From Camelus dromedarius (lineage: Eukaryota), in contig NC_087462.1 in assembly GCF_036321535.1 (NCBI RefSeq), positions 5,084,001 through 5,148,000 on the forward strand: a stretch of 64,000 bases of DNA, given 5' to 3'. This document shows, one piece after another, positions 1 through 12,000 of the stretch (position 1 is the first letter of the stretch; each line of letters opens with the position of its first letter). A program made the position numbers and the translations under genes. The notes under the pieces are model-generated. The model had not been told where the DNA came from and made no database searches. It worked only from the letters and a program-made list of their open reading frames with translations.

Positions 1-3000
1 GGGCCATCGTGTGGCAGCTACTGTGCAGCGCCACCGACATGCCAGTCAAGAACCAGTACTCGGAGCTGCTCAAGATGTCCTCACCGTGCGAGAAGCTGAT
101 CCGCAGGGACATCGCCCGCACCTACCCGGAGCACGAGTTCTTCAAGGGCCAGGACAGCCTGGGCCAGGAGGTCCTCTTCAATGTCATGAAGGTGACGCCC
201 CCCAGCCCTGCACAGAGAAGTGCTGCCCACCCCCGGCAGCCTGCTGTCACCGGGCCCGGCAGGACCCTGCCCTGACACGCATGTGTTCCCCGGCAGGCGT
301 ACTCCCTGGTGGACCGGGAGGTGGGCTACTGCCAGGGCAGCGCCTTCATCGTGGGCCTGCTCCTCATGCAGGTAGGTGGCCCGGGGCCAGGCTCTTGGAG
401 GGCACAGCCCATCCTGGCTCTCCCCCAGAAGGTGGACAGAAGGGTCAGAGCCTCCCTCTCCATCCACCCATGACCTCTGATAGTCCCCAGCCAAGCCCCC
501 AGTGGGTGAGCAGAGAGGGCCGGACGCCTGTCCTGTCCCAGGCTTGGAGGTGCAGACTCACCTATTCAGTCACCTCCCGGGGTTGGACCCCTCCAGAGTC
601 TCAGGTGGGAGGCTTAGGTCAGCCAGTGTGGTGTCTGTGGGGCTGGGCGTCTCCTCCAGAGAATCCAGCAGGCTTAGGAGCGGGAGGACAGAGACGGCTG
701 GGAGTGCACTGGAGGATGTCTGCACTGTGGGCTCTGGAGGCGGCCAGACCTGGGTTCAAGTCCCAGCTCCACTCTTACCTGCCAGGCAGCCTTCCACAGG
801 CGACTTCAGCCTGGGGAGGGTTCCTATCAGTAAAGCAAGGGGACAGTATTTACCAGAGGTTTGATGAGGGGCTCCAGGCAGCCCGGCACTGTCCATGTTC
901 AGTAAAAGTAAATGGAACAGAAAGAGGAGAAACCGTAAGAAGAAAAGCAGGTGCCCCCTCCCACCCCACTCCTGCTCACAGACACCCCCCACCCCCACCC
1001 CTAGATGCCCGAGGAGGAGGCCTTCTGTGTGTTCGTGCGGCTGATGCAGGAGTACCGCCTGCGGGAGCTCTTCAAGCCCAGCATGGCCGAGCTGGGGCTC
1101 TGCATCTACCAGTTTGAGTACATGCTACAGGTGAGCGGGGGCAGGGGCAGCTGGCACCCACCCACTCCTCTCAGCCAGCTCGCACCCATGGGCGCTCACC
1201 TCAGCCATCCCAGCAAGTCTCTGAAAATTCCAGGCCTGAGCAGTCACATCCAGGCGTTCCAGCTCAGAAAGGGGCTCTAGTCCCCTGGGCAGTATAGCAC
1301 TGTGGGAAGGATGCTCTGAGGGACTGGGCAGGGGCCAGCCCCTTACAGCGGGGGCTCCAGAGAGCGCGGGCATCCCAGAGCCACGAGGGCCGGGATGGAG
1401 CGGTTGGGATGGCTCAGACACACCCACGGTCCCCTCCTGTCTGCTCCCCGGGGTGGAGAAGGAGGGAAAGTGTTGTCTGCCTGTCTTTGCTGATTACTGG
1501 AGAGCCGCAGCCGCCTGTTTATAAATAGCAGCCCCCGCAGGGCCAGCTCCTGGCTGGCAGACAGAGCTGGTGTACATGCACAACACACACACATGCACAC
1601 GCACGCGCACCACATACACACACACCTGTTCTGGAAGCCAGTTGCAGGTGGGGCTGTGCAGCTCTGCACCACAGTGGGCAGGATGTGCCTGGTGGTGAAG
1701 GCCCCCCTCCTCAGGCCTAGAGGACGTGGAGGTGCTGTTGGTCGTGGTAACCGGTAGTGCTGGCAGGCAAGGGGCCCGGGCGCCCAGAGAAGAAGCGATT
1801 GCACAGTGGGCTGGGTAACCTGGCGCTCCCATGGTGAAGTAGCCAGATGCCACCAGAGCGTCCCTAAGTCCAGGAGGAAGCCCAGGGTGGGCAGGGGGAC
1901 AGCCTGAGTGTCCATTGCCCAGTGAAGGACATCCAGGAGGTCCTAATGCCTTCTCTAGCCTTAGTTTCCCCAGTTTCTGTCACTTCCCAGTGTCGGAAGC
2001 CCCAGCCTTGAGCATCCTTTGAGCACTTTGGGCACAAAGCGCTGTAGGGGAGGGGCGCTAGGAGTGGACACAGAGGTGATGGCTCACACCACCCTTCCCT
2101 GTTGCCCCCTGGGTGACCTTGGGGAGTTACATAACCCCCCGAAGCCTCAGAAGCTCACTCTCGGAGAAGTGGTGAGGATCCCATGAGCAGCTGGGCCAGC
2201 GCCTGCCCTGGGTGGGCACCCAGCACCCACAAGCTGCTGCTACTCCTGCCACCCCTGCCTGTGTCCCCACCTTGTGCTACTCAGAGCTCTGGGGTGCTCT
2301 TGCCCCACCCAGACACAGTGCTGAGGACACACCAAGGAAGGGAGCCAAGGGCTGCCCAGGGCAGATCAGGGAAGGCTCCCAGATGTATGGGCACTGAGGC
2401 CCAGCACTTCTAGATAGCAGTGCTGACAGCTGCACCCAGCGCCCTCCTCACAGTGCCTGGCCTCCTCCCCAACCCCCAGGAGCAGCTCCCGGACCTGAAC
2501 ACCCACTTCCGCTCCCAGAGCTTCCACACGTCCATGTACGCCTCCTCCTGGTTCCTCACGCTCTTCCTGACCACCTTCCCGCTGCCCGTTGCTACCCGTA
2601 TCTTTGACATCTTCATGTACGAGGTGAGGACCCCACCCTCCCTCTCCTGGCCGCTCTGGATAGGGTGATCAACATCCTCACTGGGAATGATTCAGGACCA
2701 GGCCCAGGCCGAGGATGGGCGGGAGCTCTGGGAAAGGTCAGAGGACTCCCTGGGAGCGTAGGACCAGAGATGCATTGCCCCTGCCGCTGCCTTTGCAGGG
2801 TCTGGAGATCGTGTTCCGGGTGGGCCTCGCCCTCCTGCAGGTGAACCAGACGGAGCTGATGCAGCTGGACATGGAGGGGATGTCCCAGGTGGGCCAGGAG
2901 GGCCAGGGCAGGTGGGCATGCCCCCAGCGGGGGCACCTGGGCAGGTGGAGCATCCTGAGAGATGGGGACACCCTGGAGTTCCTGAGCACCCTGATCCTTT

Positions 3001-6000
3001 CCCATCACCTCTGCTCCTCCCCACCCTGAGGTCTCCATAGAGGACCAGCGTGGGCCCCGAGGAGCCTCAGGCTCTGCCAGATACAGTCCAGGGCCAGCAG
3101 CCTGGCAGCGGGAGAGAGGAAGGCCCAGGCCGAGCTCTGGGAGGTGCCCCTCCCCTACTCCCAGCTCTGGGTCCCCCAGAGCCTAATGTGGCAAACAGTA
3201 ATACTAAGCAAACCAGGAGGCCTTGGGTGTGGTTTCAGCCCCAGCAGCCAGGCGGGGCGAGGGCACAGGAGGGAGTGAGGGGTCTGGGACAGTCTCTGGC
3301 CCTGCCCCGCCCCGGCCTGCTTCAGCTGCCCTGCCTGCCGAGAGGAGGCCAGCCTGCTTCTCACCGCCATGTCCCCATCATGCAGGCCCCTGCCCCCTCC
3401 CAGCGTCCTCCAGCTGGTGCTTCAGGGAAGAATGCACAAAGGCCATGGTTGTATCCACGAACACGGGCATCCATTGTCCGCAGCTGCCAGAGGGGGCCAG
3501 CTGGGCTGGGGAGCAGGAGCCAGCCTGGCCCCGAGCTGCCACAAGCTGTGTCCACTGGCAGCTTGCACTTAACTCTTTGCGGAGGCTCCAGGGGCCACTG
3601 GCAAGCAGGCAGACCACGGAGGGGTCTTCCCTCCAACTTCCTCTCCACCACCCTGATCCTTCAGCTTCTTCTGCCTCCTCTCACTGCCCTGGGGCAGCAG
3701 CATGTCTCCCTCCTGAAGGCCCCCTGTGCTCAGACCCCACCCCCCGCCCCACCCCTGGCCTTCGCCCTCAGGAGCTCCCAAAGCCCGCTGTCCTGAGCAG
3801 GCTGAGCGCCCATAGCAGGTAGGCCCTGCACTGAGGTCATGGTGACACCCTGAGCAGACCCTCCTCCCAGGAAGGAGGGTGCAGTGGGGGTTCAAGTGGC
3901 CCTAGGTGGCCCAGGCCTGTGTGTCGGTGACCGTCTGTGTCCCCACAGTACTTCCAGAGGGTGATCCCCCATCAGTTCGACAGCTGCCCGGACAAGCTGA
4001 TCCTCAAGGCTTACCAGGTCAAGTACAACCCCAAGAAGATGAAGAGGTCAGTACCAGGCAGCCGGGGTGCTAGTAGAAGGGGTCCCTGAGGATGGGACAG
4101 TGAGCACATCCACCCTCCCCCTGCAGGTTGGAGAAGGAGTATGCGGCCATGAAGAGCAAGGAGATGGAGGAGCAGATAGAGATCAAGGTGAGTCCAGGAC
4201 CGGACCAGACGCAGTGCCCTCAGGAGCCCCTCAGCGGCCACTAGAGGGCAGCCCTTCCCTGAGCGGGCTGCACACCGCGATGCTTAGGTTGGTGGGGGGG
4301 GGGGGGTGTTCACTCACCTCCAGGCCCTGTGTGAGCCAGGGTGTGCCCCAGCACTAAGGACAGGTCCCCGGGGCAGGCAGCGAGTCAGCCTCCAGCCCTC
4401 GCCCTTCCCCGTGGTTCCAACCCTCTAATCACAAGATTGCGTCACCTGGCAACCAGCCCCTTCCTGAGGTGACTTGGGGGCTTTCCAAAAGCCACCTCAC
4501 TGAGGTAACAAAAGACACCTTTATTCCTCTTCTCACTGAGGAAATGCCCAGGGTTTTAGGAGCTCTGTGCCAGGACCACAACAACAACCAAATAGACATT
4601 TCTTACACATCACAAAGTCTCCTGAGGTTGCAGAGCCTCTGAATCCAGTCCTCCTCCTGCTCTCATCCCTCCAGCCATGGTTTTGGTTATTGACTCAACA
4701 TTCATTTATTGAGCACCTACTGTGTGCCAGAGTCACAGCAGAGACTGAGGGCCCCTAGTCCAGTAGGGGTTGGGGGACAGACACAAACACAAACCTCAAC
4801 ACAGCCTGGCTCTGTCCTCTTCAGGGACAGAGTCCCACAGTGGCTGGGACTGGAGTCCCACAGACCCCAGCTCTGCTACAGACCAGCTGTGTGACCTGCC
4901 AGGAAGGTGAATTCACCTCTCTGAGCCTCAGTGCCCCTTCTGCAAAATGGGGATGACACTTGCTCTCTGGTCAAATTATTATTATTACTACTACTACTAT
5001 TATTATTAACCACCACCATCATCATCATCCTTACTTCCTCTAGAAACCTAGGTTAGAATCCAGGTCACCTGCCCCCTGTACCTGAGTGGGGAAAGAGGGC
5101 ATCATTGTCTGGACCCTCTTTGTAGGTTTTCCAGAAATAATTTTGTGCCCTAAACTTTTAAGCCATTCCCTTTGTCAAGAATGGCAGCTTCACTGAGGCA
5201 CCAGTCCAAACACGTACGCGTGCCTTACTCACGCACGGACAAGGGCCTGCTCCCACCTGCTGACCACAAGGGCTCAGCAGTAAGCAGGGACACAGCAGAC
5301 CCGGAGACCACCTGCCCAGCCTGGAAGTTTCCCCGGAGAGGAGCCTGGGTGCCCAAGGGCAGGGCAGATGCTTTCTCCCCTGGCCCTGCCCTTTGCTTTC
5401 ACCTTTAGCTTATTTTAAAATGTACCTGGGATTTGTTTTAATCAGGCATGGTGATTGTGACGGACACAGAGAAGACTGCCTTTGAAAGAAGAGTTTATTA
5501 CTCACAGTTCCCAAGGGGAGGGGGCACACCACTGCACACAGGGCCACACAGGGAGGTACGAGGGTGCGTCAGGAGGCAGAAAGAGTGAAGAGCAAAGCAT
5601 GGGTGAGAGTCTTTACTGTGATTCCCACAGGAAAGGAGGGGTAAGGCAGGGTAGGGTGAGGTAGGTAGTTTGAGCACGTTTGAGATTGGCTCATTTGAAT
5701 AATTTCAGGGGCTCTGAGCTATAGAAGTGGTTCCTAGTTGCCCTGGGACAACAGGGCAGGGGAAATTTTGGCTTGGTGTGTGAGTGTCAGATAAGGGAGG
5801 TGATAGGGGCCTGGGCTCTGGATTGGCTGGTTTGCATGTGGAAGGCAAACTAGCAGGCAGGTCGTTTACCATCCCTAGGAATTAACTAACCCTGGGAGGG
5901 GCAGTCTCTCCAGGATTAGCAAAGCTGCAGGATGTCAAGACTCAAAGATACAGAAGAAAAAAAAATTTAATAATGTGATTAGTATTAGTATTTTAAATAA

Positions 6001-9000
6001 TGTGATTAGCCCCCCCACCCCATGGTCCTTGTTCACTTGCTCTCACTTTCCCTTTAGAGTGAGAGGAGACAGGAGAGCTGTTGGTCGGCACATCCAGCTC
6101 CTCCAAGGATGGCTGTGCTTGTGCCTCAATGCCCTGAGGCCAGAAAGGGGGCAGGGCAATCCAGGGGGCAGGGGGCAGGACTCTGGTCCTGGGTCCCGAT
6201 GAGGAACAGAGACCGGGGCCTGAAACAGCTCTGACCCCAGTGAGCTGGGAGGCTCAGGCCAAACACTGCCTGATTCCAGCTAGTTTCCTCTCCCTCAAGT
6301 TTCCCCTCCCACTGACTCCACCATGAGTCAGTGACCATCCACCAAGTCTGCGATTATCTCTGACCACAGCTGCTTGCTGGGAATGTTCCGGGTGTTTCCA
6401 TCACCTTTTTCTCCCCGGAAGAAACTAGGCAATGTTCTTTGTGATCCACAGGGAAGCAGGCCCCTCACTAATCTGCTGATGAAAACAATTTCCGTACCTA
6501 CTTCTTAAGGGGTACTTCGGTAGAAACTAGGTACAAGGCATATGTCAACCTCCCCTGCTCCCCAAAAGGCTGCAGGGGAACCGAAAACCACAGATATCTA
6601 ACCAGAACCACCAGCACAGGAGGGAGGGTGGGAGCAGGGGAGAGCATCTCCAGAACTCCTGAGTGGGGAGTGACAACTGCTGGGTACAGCTGGCTCTCAG
6701 TGGCTTGCAGAAATGTAGCTGTCCAGCTGACGGGAGCGCGCCTGTTCAGCAAGGCTCCCTCCCGCCGGACTCAGACTCAGAGAGGAGTTTGTCCTCTGAG
6801 AATTTAACCCTGGGGCTCAAAGGGAAGTAGTTAGGGGTGGGGGCCATCTGATAGCAGCCTCCCTCCAAACCCAGGGGCCTTTGCCCCCTGGTAGGCGTCA
6901 TGTGAGGTTGGCCTTTGACAGGCTTAACCCTGGGGTAGACACATCGGAGGGGGGCACGGGAGCTGACCACCCAGCCCCCAGCACACCATTCACATCCACA
7001 ACAGCGATCATATTATTTTTTAATGAACCAAGGTTTGTTTTGAAAACATAAATATATCTAATCTAGTGGGCCACTCTGAACGGAATTGGCCTTGACTGTC
7101 TTCTGCAATCACTCACCCAGAACTTTAGACGCCTCCTGCCTGGAGGGCGCCTGGCCTTGAGGGGACAAACCTCACTGTGTACTGGAGCAGGAGGCTGGCT
7201 CTGACATGCTCTCCCCTCTCCCCACAACCCCGTAGAGGCTTCGGACAGAGAACCGGCTCCTGAAGCAGCGGATTGAGACCTTGGAGAAGGTGAGGGGTAT
7301 GGCCACCAGACTGTGACACGAACCCTCCGAGCCCCAGGCAGGACCCAGCAGCAAGAGGGCCAGTCAGCCATCTGCCCCCACTCCCCCGTCTCTGTGCCGG
7401 CCCCGCCCTGACCTGGCGGGCTCTGAGGAGCCCAGTGTAAATCCCGCCACAAGCCCCACTTTGATTTGGGCAGCCATATAAATTGGGGGCCATGGGGAAA
7501 CTTTGCTTGGGGGTGAAGGTTGAGTTATAACCCCACTAACTGCAAACACCAGGCTGCCTGGGTACGGGAAGTAGGTGCCCTGGAAATGTAATTCATCCTC
7601 CAAAGAAAGGTGGAGAAGGAAGGGGTGGCCTTGCTACCAGCACCATGGAGGGGGTCCCATAGCCTCGACACTAGCCTCCAACCTGTTTTTAAAGATTGGA
7701 ATAGAAATGAAGGGGCCCACTTCCAGCTCACCCCTCATTCTCACACTTGACCCTCCACTGACCACAGGGAGTAGGTGGAATTTGTTGCTCTTGCCCCAAA
7801 GCCTCCATTCTTGTTCTGCCTCCCAATTAAAATGCATTCACCCGGCCCAGTGCTGCCACCTCCGTCCCCCCATCACCCTCCCAGGAAAGGAGGCCAATGC
7901 ATTTCTTCCCAGCGGGGCCCCAGCCCGGTGGCCCGCAGCGGGGTGGCACTGCCCTGCCTGCTCACACAGACCCCTCTTCAGGACGGAGCTGGCTCTGGCT
8001 TTGGTCTTCCTCCGGGTCCTCTCCTGCTGGTTCTCTGGTTCTCCGGTCTCACTCCTCTCTCCCCGCTTCTAGAGATAGTCCACTGCATTAGTGACGAGTG
8101 GTTCTTGTCTGTCTCTCCCCCTTTCCTGTCCCCGCGCCTTCCGCTCTGCCTCCTCCCCCTGTCGCTCGGAACCCCTCCGCCGGGTAGGAGAGCGCTGCTC
8201 TGGCTGATAGGTTAATCCAGGTACCGTAGCTCTCCCTCTCCCACTCCTTCCCGGTCCGCACACAACCACCGGGCCGCCTCTCCCCTGGCCGGGGCGAGGG
8301 GGGCCGGCCTGGCGCTGCGCATGGGGGCGGCTGGGGACCGCTTCTCAGGGGAGACAGAGGCTTCCCTCGGGGGCGGGGGTGTGCGTGTGGCGTATGAACG
8401 CGCACACGCACAGAGAGTTTCCTCCCTCCAGGGGACAAAGGTGGGGACCCAGGAGGGCTCCAGGACCCTGAGGGTGCATCAGCGACAGGCCCTGGTGTGC
8501 GCACGGCTGAGACTCCCCCCAACACACACACACGCGTGCGCGCACCATGCACACGACGCGCGCGTGCACACACGCACCCCTTCCGGCCCCTTATGCTCTT
8601 CTCGGCTCCTACCTGCAAGGCCTGCCATCTCTCACTCACCTGCTTCTGCTGCTGCCTTATCTTGAATGGCTTTATCTGGAAGCTTCTGCCTGCCACCTGG
8701 TGGCTCCGAGCCTGGAATGCGGGGCCCAAATTGGGTGGGGTGAGGGGATGAGGCTGGGGGGGGCAAGTCTTAGCCTTAGGCAGTTGGAAGTCCCAGGGTC
8801 TGGGGCTGGAGAAGGCCCCGGGAGAGATGTATTCCACCTCCCAGCCTGGCCCTGAGGAGCCAGCCCTGAGCCTCTGGTCCCTTGGCTGCACCCCCCAACC
8901 TCCATGGTCACCAGCAGAGCTCGGCCTCTGCTGTGCCATCTGCCCTGAATAAGAGGCTTAGAGCCAGAGCCTGGGCCCCGCGGCGGGTGGGTCCCTCCAG

Positions 9001-12000
9001 GTTCCTCCTGGTGTCCTGTTCCTGCCTGCCTCCCACCCACGTCCCCCGGCCCTGTGGAGCACCCCATGCCAGGCTCTGAGTGTGGGAGGCCTTACCCCTC
9101 TTCCTTCTGCTCCGCCTCCATCCTCTCTGGGCCTCCCCTGAGGTGGGCCCAAGGCAGAGCCTGGGGTGTGAGCAGAGGGTCACGGCACCCCCGTCCTCGC
9201 TGTGCTCAGGGGCAGGTGACGCGAGCGCAGGAGGCCGAGGAGAACTACGTCATCAAGCGGGAGCTGGCCGTGGTGCGGCAGCAGTGCAACTCAGCGGCCG
9301 AGGACCTGCAGAAGGCGCAGAGCACCATCCGGCAGCTGCAGGAGCAGCAGGTACCCAGCCGGGTGGGTGGGGCCCCCAGGGCAAGGCCAGGCCCCCACCA
9401 GGCTGCTTGCCGGGCTCTTGAGCAACTGGCTCCAAATCACCCCTGCCTCAGCACCTGGCCATCTTGTTCCTTCCTGGGGGCAGGGGAGCCCAGAGCAGAA
9501 TGCAGTCTGCCCCAGCCCCGCCGCAGCAAGCAGCCCCACACTGGTGTGGGAGGAGAGGATCCTGTGGTTTTTATTTCCCACCACCCAGTGGGGTGTCTGG
9601 CCTACCACACTGAGAGCAAGGCAGTCAGCCTCCCCGGCCCCTCAAGGGCCGCTGGGACAAGGCTGTCCCTGCAGGGACCTCTCCCTCCACTGATGGGGCT
9701 ATGGTCCCTTGGAGGAGCCCTGGTGTCTCCCCAGAATCTGAAGGGCTGTTGGTCTGTTATCAAATGAAACCCAGGTCCACTCCCCTGACATGCACAAGGC
9801 CAATCTACCCACACTGGGGTCAGGTGAAGGAAAGTACAGCGTTTATGGCAGGGCACCAAACAAGGGAAACGGGCAGCTCACGCTCAAAAAAACTGAACTC
9901 TTCATGGCTTTTAGACAAGGGTTTTTCAGCAGCTTCATGGGAGAGGGTCATAGGCTGCGAGATCAGCTCATGGATCTTCTTCTGATTGGTTGGCATTGAG
10001 GTAACAGGCTGAGCTTTCAGGAATCTCAGTCATCACCCTTCTGGTTCCAGCCAGTCTGGGGACTAAGTGCTGGTGGTCAGCATGTAGTCACCATCATCCA
10101 CCTGAGCAAGGGTCTTAGTTTCTACAGACTGACTCAAAGATCTGGGTCAGATAGTTTTGTCTACTCCTTCAGGGGGAACTTGGTGTCCTATGACTCTATT
10201 GCTGCTTGAGTCTGCTCTGTGGAACTCAGGGGAGGCCCCACTGGGTCCTGCTCAGATTCAATCCCCCCTTTTCTTTGAAACTCCTCAACCTGAGGGGGGA
10301 AGGGGTGGGATAAGAAACGGAATAAAGTTCTGGTTAGAGAGAGTAATGATAAACTTGGCAGGGGAACTCAGTTTGAGGGCGGCTCTAAACTTTCAGGGGG
10401 ACTCTAAATGGTTCAGGGTTTTGCTGGGGGCCAGCCATGCAGGGTAGGAGCTGGGATCAGGGAGCAGGCCCCCCTCCTACAGTGCCCAGCACTTTGCCCT
10501 CAAAAGAGTCTGGTCTGTGCCCAGCCTTCTGAGCTGGAAGGACGAGGGGAGGGGGCTGGCCAAGTCTTCGTGGGGTCATGAGCTCCGTATGGGTGGTGGG
10601 AGGGCCCATGGGCTGGAGCACTGTCAAGAGTCCACTTCTCCCAGAGAGGGCCTTCAGAACGTTCCTTCAGCTGTACCCAGTAGGCTGCCTTCCTGATGTG
10701 ATGACCCACCAGCAGCTGCAGCCCCCAAACTCAGCATGCATGCCCGAGCACACACCTTGGAGCGGCAGGGGAGGATGCTATAGGCTTCCCTGGTGCCCTG
10801 CAATCCGGGGCTGAACCCAGCAGAGCCTGGCAGTGAGGTGGGGTCTCTGATTTGGAGAAACCATAGGGTGTTCAAGAAACAATGGGTGGAGAAAAGGAAG
10901 GGTCATTTGCTGAGGAGGGCCCCCTCACCTAGGCCTGGACTGAGGAACGTGAGTTGATTCTTTGCTCTTGGGGACAGGGAGGCAGAACGTCACCGTTTCT
11001 CACCTGCTTCGCCTCCTGCCCCTCGACTTCCGGTGCTGGAGCCCCACCTGCTCTGAAGCAGCAAGGCCAATGGGAAATCTGAGGCTGGGCTAGTGCCACC
11101 CATGGCACGGTGGCCCCTTACAGGCACGAGAGACTTCACCTGCCACCTCTGCGCTCCAGCCTTTGGGGCCCGGCGCAGGGATGGGTGCAGCAGTAGGCCG
11201 CTGCAGGCAGAGGAGGGTGGTGCCGTACACATCAGTGAGGCCCTTAAGCACTGTCTCCAGAGGCCCCTGGAGGAGGTGCGGCCTGGCAGAGCTTGGAAGA
11301 GGCCCCAATCTCATCTGGGCCCAGGGAGAGCCTCTGGCAGCCATGGGCCTCGAGGCCCACAGAGGTCCCAGGCAGCGAGCAGACCTGGGCGGTTAGGCAG
11401 GAGGCCAGTGGGGAAGGGGGTGGCAGCCGGGGGAGGGGATGGCTGGGACAACCTCCCTGAGAACTGTCCTGCCAAGCCACCAGGGCAGCAAAATGCGGAC
11501 CCAGCTTAGCCCTAGGGGCTTCCCTCTCCCACTAGCTAGGTCTTCTTCATTGGACCCAGGTGGCACCCATCACCCCTGCGGCCCCCTAGGGTACTTCTGA
11601 GAAGCCCCGGCACTGAAAGTGGTTTTGGCAAACTCTTTCCCCATCCTCGACCATTGTGAGATGTGGTGGGCAGTGGGGGGTGAGGGGGTGGAAAGGATGG
11701 GGCCGATAAAGAGAGAGGGGCAGGAGGGCCAGAGCCCTGAGCCCTACCTCCACACAACCCCCACCCTGTGGTTAGGCCAGGACCGCACAGCAGGAAGGGG
11801 CCCCCCAGAGAGCTCTTCCACCCTCCCTGCAACGATCCTGGGAACCAGTCATTGGTGTCCCTCAGGGGGCATCCTGAGGCCATGGAAGGTCCCCGCTGTG
11901 TGGTGTTCCCGGAAGGGAAGCTGGGCCCGGATGACTGCACGAGTGCCAGGACCCCTAGGCACAGAACATCAGGGCCCCTGTCAAGATCAGCTCCTCCAAG

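Noticed and set aside
11-1117. 368-aa ORF at the window start
   Set aside because: Off-frame run across EVI5L exons, introns and a MIR; no homology or codon logic.
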